This document shows, in pieces, positions 1-7,576 of a stretch of 64,000 bases of DNA (position 1 is its first letter; each line of letters starts with the position of its first letter). The stretch is from an uncultured Planctomycetota bacterium (GTDB lineage: Bacteria; Planctomycetota; PLA2; JAEUHO01): the NCBI GenBank assembly GCA_963752285.1, contig CAVVXN010000005.1, forward strand, positions 1,280,001 through 1,344,000. Reading direction: 5' to 3'. The notes under the pieces were generated by a model. It was not told the DNA's origin. It saw only the letters and a list, made by a program, of their open reading frames with translations, and did no database searches. Position numbers and translations under genes: made by a program.

Positions 1-2
1 GG

Positions 3-1025
3 TTCACCCGCGCGCTGCTCGCCCACGACCCGCGGACCCTCGTTCGCGTGGACACCGCCCGGTTCGACTACCCCCGGGGACGCGCCCGCCTCTACGGCGA
101 GGCGTTCCTCCGTCGGCTCGGGCCGCCCCGCCCGCGCGACGAGGAGCCCACGGAGACGCATCGCGCGGCGGCGCGCGGCATCCAGGACGCGATCGAGGCC
201 GCGTTCCTCGACGCCGCCCGGGACCTCGTTCTCGAGACGCGGGCCGAGGTGCTCGGCCTCGCGGGGGGCCTGTTCTTGAACTGCGCCCTGAACGGGCATC
301 TCGCGCGCGCACTCGACGTCGAGGTCCGCCCCTTCCCCGTCGCGGGGGACGCCGGCGCGGCCTGGGGCGCGGCGGCCTTCGCGCACCGCGCGCGGACGGG
401 CCGCGAGGCGGCGCCGCTCCGCACCCTCCGCCTCGGCGACGCGATCGACGACCAGCGCGCGCGGGATGCGCTCGGCGTCGCCGCCCCGCGACCCGCGGAC
501 CTCGCGCTCGAGGTGGCGCGACTCGTGGCCGCGGGCCGGCTCGTGGGCGTCGCACGGGGGCGGGCGGAGCTCGGGCCCCGCGCGCTCGGGGGCCGCAGCG
601 TGCTCGCGTCCCCGACGACCACGGCGTCGCGCGACCGACTGAACGCGCACAAGGGCCGCGAGGCCTGGCGCCCGCTGGCGCCCGTCGTGGCGGCGACCGA
701 CCGCGCGCACTTCCGCGGCCTCACGGCGAGCCCGTGGATGATCCTGACGTTCCCGGCGACGGACGAGGGCCGCCGCGCCCTCCCGGGCGCCGTCCACGCG
801 GACGGGACCGCGCGCGTGCAGACGGTGGACGACGCCACGGAACCGTTCCTGGCGGCGGTGCTCCGCCACCTCGCGACGCTCGGCCAGCCGCCCGTGGTGC
901 TCAACACGAGCCTCAACCGCCGCGGCGAGCCGATCGTGAACGACGCGGCGGAGGCGCTCGCGGCGGCGCGCGCGATGCGGCTCGACGCGCTCGCGCTCGG
1001 CGACTACCTCGTCTCGGACCCCTGA
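3..1025 (+). CDS. Carbamoyltransferase (NodU/CmcH/TobZ family), C-terminal part; 5' end lies outside the window
   Basis: Frame is open from base 3. Motifs LAGGLFLNC, PVAGDAGAAWGAA, GRAELGPRALGGRS, KGREAWRPLAP, VHADGTARVQTV and VLNTSLN are typical of O-carbamoyltransferases. Confidence 0.9.
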   Translation, partial: FTRALLAHDPRTLVRVDTARFDYPRGRARLYGEAFLRRLGPPRPRDEEPTETHRAAARGIQDAIEAAFLDAARDLVLETRAEVLGLAGGLFLNCALNGHLARALDVEVRPFPVAGDAGAAWGAAAFAHRARTGREAAPLRTLRLGDAIDDQRARDALGVAAPRPADLALEVARLVAAGRLVGVARGRAELGPRALGGRSVLASPTTTASRDRLNAHKGREAWRPLAPVVAATDRAHFRGLTASPWMILTFPATDEGRRALPGAVHADGTARVQTVDDATEPFLAAVLRHLATLGQPPVVLNTSLNRRGEPIVNDAAEALAAARAMRLDALALGDYLVSDP

Positions 1026-2107
1026 CGGCGGCGCCGGACGTCGCCCCGCCCGCGCACGAGGCTCCCGGGCGCGGAGGCGACGATCGTCGGGTACGCCTCG
1101 CACGGGCTCCAGCAGCCCGGGCAGCGGTCCCGCGCGACGTCGGCGCGCGTCGCCGCGGCCTCGGCGCTTTGCAGGATCTCGTCGAGCGGCCGCTCCAACG
1201 CGTTCCCGAGCCGTCGTCCCCACACCGTGCACGGGTACACGTCGCCGCCTGCCGCCACGAACACGCTGGCGCTGAGGCTCCGACACGGGATCGGGCTCCG
1301 GCCGCTCGCGAGGTACGCAGGTACGAGCCGGAGGTACGTGGCCTCGATCCGGTCCTCGGGGGAGGCGCCCGACGCGCGCGCACGGAGCGCACGCGCGAGC
1401 GCGCGCGACGCGCGCCGCGGAGGCCGTGCGTCGCTGTCGAGGTTCGCGTAGTAGTGCGGGCTCCGAACCCAGACGTTGAGGTGGAGGTCCTTCCATCCCA
1501 ACGCGCGGGCGCCGGCGGGGAGTCGTTCCCCCACGGCCCGGAGGGTCGTCTCGGCGAGGTCTTCGTTCTCCTCCGTGAGCGTCATGCCGAGGTACGCCTC
1601 GACGCCGGGAACCTCGCGCACGGCGGCGAACGTGCGGACGGCACGATCGAACGCGCCCGCGCGACCGCGCACCCGGTCGTGGTGGTCGGGCGGCCCCTCG
1701 ACGCTCACCGTGACGAGGACGCGCGGGATGCCGAGACGGGCCACGCGCCGGACGTCCTCGACGATGCGGTCCGTGCGCTGTCCCGTCGTGGGGAAGTCGA
1801 GGACCGCGAGCCGGGGCAGCGCGCGCGTCGCCGCCTCGGCAATCTCGGGCACGTCGTCGCGGAGGAAGAGCTCGCCGCCGGTCAGGTTGACCCAACGAAG
1901 GGACGGCACGCGCCCGAGCATCCCCTCCACCTCGTCCGGCGTCATCTCGCGCCCCTTCGGCTTCTCCCAGATGCGGCACCCGACGCAGCGGCAGTCGCAA
2001 CGGTCCGTGAGCGCGAGCGTGATCTTGAAGGGCCACGGCGAGCCGAGGCGCGCGGCGAGGATGCGGCCGGCGAGCCCGGCGTAGGCGCGGGCCGAACGGG
2101 CGTTCAC
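1004..2107 (-). CDS. Radical SAM protein with SPASM/twitch-like C-terminal Cys domain
   Basis: CxxxCxxC motif (TDRCDCRCVGC), TGGELF, and C-terminal C...GDVYPC...CPGCWSPCE. GTG start overlaps the upstream stop (GTGA at 2104-2107). Confidence 0.9.
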   Translation of the reverse strand: MNARSARAYAGLAGRILAARLGSPWPFKITLALTDRCDCRCVGCRIWEKPKGREMTPDEVEGMLGRVPSLRWVNLTGGELFLRDDVPEIAEAATRALPRLAVLDFPTTGQRTDRIVEDVRRVARLGIPRVLVTVSVEGPPDHHDRVRGRAGAFDRAVRTFAAVREVPGVEAYLGMTLTEENEDLAETTLRAVGERLPAGARALGWKDLHLNVWVRSPHYYANLDSDARPPRRASRALARALRARASGASPEDRIEATYLRLVPAYLASGRSPIPCRSLSASVFVAAGGDVYPCTVWGRRLGNALERPLDEILQSAEAAATRADVARDRCPGCWSPCEAYPTIVASAPGSLVRGRGDVRRRRQGSETR

Positions 2108-4104
2108 GGCGTCCGCCGGCCGTCCGCGCGCCGCCTCGCGTCCGCGCGCACGGACGCGGCCTCGGCGGTCCGACCGAGCGCGTCGAGGAGGAGCGCGAGG
2201 TTGCCGGCCTCGTTCGCGCCGGCCTCCGGCTCGGACGCGAGCGGGTGGTAGCGCTCGAGCAGGTTCTCCAGCGCTGGACGGTCGGCGCGACGAGGGTCGA
2301 TCCCCACGGCGTCGAGCACGCGCGCGCGTTCAGTGACGCGCGCATCGTAGAGCGCCGGCGCGAGCGTCTTGGGGCTCGGCGCCGTGAGCGCCTGGAGCGC
2401 GAGGTTCAGCCGGACGACGCGGCGACGGAAGGGCGCGCGCGCGAGCACGTCCCGGGCGTCGGCGGGGTCGAACCCGTCGAGCCGTAGGAGCGCGTCGTTC
2501 GCGTCCTCCGCCTCGCCGAGGTCGCCGAGATCCACGGCGGCCTCGATGCGCCGCGCCTGCACCTTCCGGAGCAGCTCCGGCGAGCCGCGTCCGCGGACGA
2601 GGCCGACCCGGGCCCAGGTCGAGAGCGCGGCGCGGTACATCGAGAGCTCGGCCACCCGGGCCTGTCGTCGTCCCTCGCCTCCGATCGCCTCGGTCGCGCT
2701 GGGGTGTGCCATGCGGAGCGCCCGCGCGGACTCGCGGTAGACCTCCGCGAGGGCCACCATCGACTTCCCGTCGATCGGGTTGTCCTCGAGGTACGACCGG
2801 TACGCGATCTCCGCGTCGTGGACCCGGCCCCGCCTCAGGTACTCGTACCCGAGGCCCTCGTACGCGTGCATGTGACTCGGCCGCTCTCGGAGAACGGTCT
2901 CCCAGAGCGTCTGGTCGTTCGACCACGCCTCCGTGCGCGCCCACGTGACGGGCGCCAGGACCGCCACGAGCACGGCGACCGCGGCGACCGCGACGGGACG
3001 GACCCGATCCTTCGCGAAGCGCGCCGCGAGGGCACGGACCGCGGCCGCGACGCCGACCGCGAAGAACACGAGGACGGGGTAGAGGAAGCGCTCCGCCACG
3101 AGGGCCTTCAGCGGCACGATCACGTTGCTGACGGGCACGAGGCAGGCCAGCGAGCCGAGGCACACGAAGCCGAGGACGGACCGCCGTCGGAGTCCGAGGA
3201 GGCCGGCGAGGAGGAGCGTCACGAGGAACCCGCCGCCGAGCACCACGCTCGGGTCGGTCCACCGGCCGGGGACCGGCAGGTGGAGGTCGAACGGGAAGCC
3301 CACGGGCCGGACCAGGTCGTTCGCGTACCACGCGAGGCCCGAGAGCATGCCGCGGGCCGCCGCCGCGCGGCTGCCGCCGGGGAAGTCCGCGACCTGGGCG
3401 AGGCCCGGGATCAACGCGAGGCGCACCGCCAGGTACGCGCCGACGACGACGGCGAGGACGCCGACCCGGATCGCGGTCGTGCGCCCCGGGAGGCGCCGGT
3501 CCGGCGGCAGCGTGACGTCGCGCAGCAGCAGCAGCGCGGGGAGCACGAGCGCCGACTCCTTCGCGAGGAGCGCGAGCCCGCCGAGCAGGGCGCCCCCTAC
3601 GGTCGCGCCGGGCCCCGGCCGTTCGAGGACGAGCAGCGCGCCGAGCATCAGCCCCACCGCCAGGAGGTCGCCGGAGCTGGTGATCCACGCGACGCACTCG
3701 ACGGCCGCCGGGTGGACGGCGAAGACGGCGCCGGCCAGGCCCGCAAAGAGGACGTTCCCGTCGAAGAGGGCCCACGCGAGCCGCACGACGAGCCCGACCA
3801 CGAGGAGGTGGATCAGGAGGTCCACCAGGTGGAACGGCCACGGACGGGAACGCCCGAAGGCGGCGGAGAGCAGCGCGTGGTCGAGCGTGCCGAGCGGGCG
3901 GTAGACGTCCGCTTGGATCCCCTCCCGCGCGGAGAACGTGCCCGGGTCGGTGAGGTACGCGATCGGCGTCACCGGGTCGAGAGACGGGTTCTGCTCGACG
4001 ACGCGGTGGTCGTCGTACACGAAGCCGCCGAAGAGCCCCGGCGCGTGGGCGGCGGCCGCGACCAGCAGGGCGAGCCCCACGGCCCATCGGAACGGACGCT
4101 TCAC
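2104..4104 (-). CDS. TMTC/DUF1736-like GT-C membrane glycosyltransferase (putative protein O-glycosyltransferase) with C-terminal TPR-like region
   Basis: True start is probably GTG 4104 (VKRPFRWAVG). Motifs GGFVYDD, YRPL, FAVHPxxVExVAWI, KES, AERFLY and WSNDQTLW; many TM helices followed by TPR-like helices. Confidence 0.8.
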   Translation of the reverse strand: MKRPFRWAVGLALLVAAAAHAPGLFGGFVYDDHRVVEQNPSLDPVTPIAYLTDPGTFSAREGIQADVYRPLGTLDHALLSAAFGRSRPWPFHLVDLLIHLLVVGLVVRLAWALFDGNVLFAGLAGAVFAVHPAAVECVAWITSSGDLLAVGLMLGALLVLERPGPGATVGGALLGGLALLAKESALVLPALLLLRDVTLPPDRRLPGRTTAIRVGVLAVVVGAYLAVRLALIPGLAQVADFPGGSRAAAARGMLSGLAWYANDLVRPVGFPFDLHLPVPGRWTDPSVVLGGGFLVTLLLAGLLGLRRRSVLGFVCLGSLACLVPVSNVIVPLKALVAERFLYPVLVFFAVGVAAAVRALAARFAKDRVRPVAVAAVAVLVAVLAPVTWARTEAWSNDQTLWETVLRERPSHMHAYEGLGYEYLRRGRVHDAEIAYRSYLEDNPIDGKSMVALAEVYRESARALRMAHPSATEAIGGEGRRQARVAELSMYRAALSTWARVGLVRGRGSPELLRKVQARRIEAAVDLGDLGEAEDANDALLRLDGFDPADARDVLARAPFRRRVVRLNLALQALTAPSPKTLAPALYDARVTERARVLDAVGIDPRRADRPALENLLERYHPLASEPEAGANEAGNLALLLDALGRTAEAASVRADARRRADGRRTP

Positions 4105-5255
4105 GGGCGGGCCTCGGACCGGGCCGCGGGCTGGAGCAGCGCCCGGAGCGCCGCACACACCTCTCCCGTCGGGATGGAGGCCATGCAGGTGTGGATCCGG
4201 CACCGGCTCGAGCGGTAGTTGACCGCCGTGAGACACGGGCTGCACGGTAGCGCGCGGTAGAAGGACCGGGATCCCGGCGCGAGGGGGCCGTAGAGCGCCG
4301 GCGTGTTCGGGCCGTAGATCGCGAGCGTCGGGGTGCCCGCGGCCGACGCGAGGTGGACCGGCCCGGTGTCGTTCGAGACGAGGGCGCGGGCGCCCGCGAC
4401 GACGGCGACGAGCTCGTCGAGCGAGAGGAGACCGGCGAGCGAGGCCGCGCCGCCGCCGACCGCCCGCGCGACGCGCTCCGCGAGGTCGCGCTCCGGCGCG
4501 CCGCCCGTCACGACCACGCCGAGGCCGAGCTCCAAGGCCGTCCGCCCCACCGCGGCGAACCCTGCCTCCGACCAGCGCCGCCCCGGGAAGTTGTCGCCGC
4601 TCCCCGGGTGGAGGACCACGTACGGGACCTCGGGGAGCCGGGTCCGCGCGCGCTCCCGCGCGCCGGCGTCCGGCCACAACGCGCCGGGGACGTACGGACC
4701 CGGCGGCACGCCGGCCGCCTCCGCCAGGTCGCGGAACGAGCGCGCGGCGTGCACACCGGGTCGGATGGGGACGAGGACGGTGTAGAGGCCGTCGCGTCCC
4801 GCGGCGCCCGACGCGAACCCGATGCGCTGTCGGGCGCCGCCGAGCCGCGCGAGGAGGGCCCCCGCGCGCGAGAACTGCTCGAAGTCGAGCGCGAGGTCGG
4901 GCGGACGGCGCCGGAGCGCGCGCACGGCCGCGAGCAGGTCCTCGGCGAGGACGACGAGACCCCGCGGCCGCACGAGGAGCACGTGGTCGGCGAGGTCCTC
5001 GACGAGCGGTCGGTTGGGCGCGAGCGTGGCCACCGTGAACGAGGCCCGGGGCCACCGTTCGCGAAGGTCGCGGAGCACCGGGCGGAGGAGCGACCAGTTG
5101 CCGAGCCCCCAGAACTTCACCACCAGCACCCGGCGTACCGCGGTCACGGGCTCCGGCGGCCGGAGCGCCTCTCCGAGGCGGTCGGCCGCGCCCACCACGC
5201 CGCCGACGAGGCTGCCCAAGCGGCGGTCCACGAGCTTGGCCAGCGAGAGGTTCAC
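4101..5255 (-). CDS. Glycosyltransferase family 9 (ADP-heptose:LPS heptosyltransferase-like)
   Basis: GTG start 5255 overlaps the upstream stop. Motifs VLVVKFWGLGN, VVLHPGSG..RRWS, VSNDTGPVHLASAAGTPTLAIYGP and C-terminal LPCSPC..C..C. Confidence 0.9.
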   Translation of the reverse strand: MNLSLAKLVDRRLGSLVGGVVGAADRLGEALRPPEPVTAVRRVLVVKFWGLGNWSLLRPVLRDLRERWPRASFTVATLAPNRPLVEDLADHVLLVRPRGLVVLAEDLLAAVRALRRRPPDLALDFEQFSRAGALLARLGGARQRIGFASGAAGRDGLYTVLVPIRPGVHAARSFRDLAEAAGVPPGPYVPGALWPDAGARERARTRLPEVPYVVLHPGSGDNFPGRRWSEAGFAAVGRTALELGLGVVVTGGAPERDLAERVARAVGGGAASLAGLLSLDELVAVVAGARALVSNDTGPVHLASAAGTPTLAIYGPNTPALYGPLAPGSRSFYRALPCSPCLTAVNYRSSRCRIHTCMASIPTGEVCAALRALLQPAARSEARP

Positions 5256-6343
5256 GCGGTCCGCGTCGCGCGGTGCGCGCCCTGGGGCAGGATGAGGTTC
5301 ATCTCGGTGTGGCAGTTCCAGAGGCACGCGCGGCAGTCGTGGAGAGCGTCGCGCGCCCGCGCGTAGGCGGCGCTCCTCCAGAGCCGGGCGAGCGGGACCC
5401 GCCCGACGGGCTGGCGCGTCTCCATGCGCGGGAAACACGCGAAGACGTCGCCGTAGCAGTCCACGACCACGCTGGTGTAGGGCGCGTAGCAGTCGAGCGG
5501 GCTGGGTGTCCCCCGGAGCGCCGCCGGCACGAGGTCGAGGTACGACGGGCTGTTGTCGAGCGCGCCCGCCTCCCGGAGCCGGGCGAGGGTCGCGGAGAGC
5601 CGGGCGAGGTCCGCGGGCGCGACCGGCGCCTCGCCCTGGCCGAAGTCGTGCACGGGGATCACGCCCACCCGGTCGGCCCCGGCCGCGAGGGCCACCCGGG
5701 CGACGTCCTCGAGCGACGTGAGGTTCTTCGAGGTGAGGACCGTCACCGCGGTCAACCGAGGCCGCCGCGCCGCGCCGCGCGCGCGCGCGAGCACAGAGAG
5801 CGCGCGACACGCGTCGTCGAACGCTCCGGCGCGACCGCGCGCGGCGTCGTGCGTCGCGGCCGTCGCGCCGTCGAGGGAGACGTTCACCGACCGGACGCCC
5901 GTGCCGAGCAGCCCGCGCGCGCGGCGCTCCACGTCGAAGCCGTCCGTGTTCAGGTGCGCGTGCAGGCCGAGGCTCGTCGCGTAGGCGAGCAGGTCCTCGA
6001 GGTCGCGACGGAGCATCGGCTCGCCGCCCGTCACGCCGACCCCGGCGGTCCCGATCGCCTTCATGTCGCGCAGCACGGCACGAAGCGCTCGGGTGTCGAG
6101 CTCGCGGATCCCCCGCCGGCGGTTCTCGAGCGCGCGATAGGGCAGGTCACAGACCCGGCACCTCAGGTTGCACCGGTACGTCACGAGGAGCGTACCGAGC
6201 GTGGGCCCCACCAGGGGCCGGCGCGCGCGGCGCGCCAGCGCGGAGCCCACCCAGCGCACGCCGAGGTCGAGGAGCCCCGCCCAGTCGCCGCCGCGAACGC
6301 GGTCGAGGACCACGTCCTCGTACTGGCGCCGGGGGCGCATCAC
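5252..6343 (-). CDS. Radical SAM protein with SPASM/twitch-like domain
   Basis: VTYRCNLRCRVC, TGGEPMLR, VSLDG and CYAP...GDVFAC...CRACLWNC. Start is GTG 6343 or ATG 6340. Confidence 0.9.
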   Translation of the reverse strand: MMRPRRQYEDVVLDRVRGGDWAGLLDLGVRWVGSALARRARRPLVGPTLGTLLVTYRCNLRCRVCDLPYRALENRRRGIRELDTRALRAVLRDMKAIGTAGVGVTGGEPMLRRDLEDLLAYATSLGLHAHLNTDGFDVERRARGLLGTGVRSVNVSLDGATAATHDAARGRAGAFDDACRALSVLARARGAARRPRLTAVTVLTSKNLTSLEDVARVALAAGADRVGVIPVHDFGQGEAPVAPADLARLSATLARLREAGALDNSPSYLDLVPAALRGTPSPLDCYAPYTSVVVDCYGDVFACFPRMETRQPVGRVPLARLWRSAAYARARDALHDCRACLWNCHTEMNLILPQGAHRATRTA

Positions 6344-7431
6344 GCCGTGGCCCGCCGGCTGCGACCCGAGGGCACGTCCGGCGACGCCTCGGCGGGCGAC
6401 GAGAATCGCGGGGCGGCGGCGTCGGTGGGGTACTCGGTGCAGCGCGCGCAGATCGGCGGGAGGTCGCCGGACACGTGCCTCTGCCGCAGCCGCCGCATCG
6501 CGGGGCCGTTCCAGATCTCACGGAGCGACGCCCGGCGGGCGTCCCCCACCGCCAGCTCGCCGTCGTGGTCCACGCAGCACGCGGTGACGCGTCCGTCCTG
6601 CAGCACGACGGGGCCGCCGCGCCACGGCTCACGGCACCGCGTCCGGCGCGTGCCGTGCGTGAGCACCGGGATGCGCTGTACGCGATCGACGACCCCGGTG
6701 AAGCGCGCCGCGAACCGGGAGGCCGCCGCTTCCGTCTCGGGCGCCACGACCATCGACACGTCCACGGCCGTCCGCGCGCCGCGGGCGTCTCGAGCGGCGA
6801 GCAAGCGTTCGATCCCCCGCTCGACGCGTTCGAGCGAGACGCCGCGGACGGCTTCGTGCGTGCGCGCGTCTCCGTCCACGGAGACCGTGACCCGGTCCAC
6901 CCCCGCGTCCAACAGCTCCTTCACGCGACGGTCGTCGAGGAGCGTGCCGTTCGTCGTCACGAACGTCCGCGCGCCCGCGCGGCGCGCGCGGAGGGCGAGC
7001 TCGCCGAAGCGCGGATGGAGGAGGGGCTCGCCCCACTGGAAGAGCAGGACGAAGTCGAGCGGCCGAGCGAGGCGCAACACGCGGTCGAAGAGGCTCGGGT
7101 CCATGAGCCCCCGGGGGCGCGTCATCCGGCCGTTTCCCGTGGGACAGAACGTGCACTTCAGGTTGCAGCGGTTCGTCACCTCGAGGTTCGCCGACACGAG
7201 GAACGGCGCACGGGTCCGACCGAGCCGGTACGCGACCTCGTTGGCGACGCCCGCGACGACCGTCCGGAGGCTTCGGTAGCGGATCGCGATCACCACGGCG
7301 AGCTCGGGGCGCCTCAGATAGAGGCGCGCGACGATCTCGCCGAGCCAGCGCGAGGGCCCGCGCACGTCGGCCGCCCGGGACCTCGGCCCGCTCGGGCCCG
7401 CGCGTCTGCGGGGGTGGCCTCGATCGCTCAC
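6340..7431 (-). CDS. Radical SAM/SPASM (twitch) protein, BtrN-like layout
   Basis: NLEVTNRCNLKCTFC, WGEPLLHP, TTNGTLL and CREPW...DGRVTACCVD...CARC. Start uncertain; GTG 7431 chosen. Confidence 0.88.
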   Translation of the reverse strand: MSDRGHPRRRAGPSGPRSRAADVRGPSRWLGEIVARLYLRRPELAVVIAIRYRSLRTVVAGVANEVAYRLGRTRAPFLVSANLEVTNRCNLKCTFCPTGNGRMTRPRGLMDPSLFDRVLRLARPLDFVLLFQWGEPLLHPRFGELALRARRAGARTFVTTNGTLLDDRRVKELLDAGVDRVTVSVDGDARTHEAVRGVSLERVERGIERLLAARDARGARTAVDVSMVVAPETEAAASRFAARFTGVVDRVQRIPVLTHGTRRTRCREPWRGGPVVLQDGRVTACCVDHDGELAVGDARRASLREIWNGPAMRRLRQRHVSGDLPPICARCTEYPTDAAAPRFSSPAEASPDVPSGRSRRATA

Positions 7432-7476
7432 GGTGTGCCTCGGCGTCCCGCCCGCCCGGGATGGCGCCCGACGAGA

Positions 7477-7514
7477 CGACGGGCGCCCCCCGGCCTTCCG
7501 CGGGGCGCCCGTCG
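7477..7514 (-). terminator. GC-rich hairpin between lipoprotein gene and radical SAM operon (terminator/attenuator-like)
   Basis: 13-bp inverted repeat CGACGGGCGCCCC (7477-7489) / GGGGCGCCCGTCG (7502-7514); no U-tract. Confidence 0.45.
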
Positions 7515-7576
7515 GGGATCGGACGTCGCGCGCCGAGGCGGGCACGGCCCGGCTCCGGCGCGCGCGCGGTCCAGGC

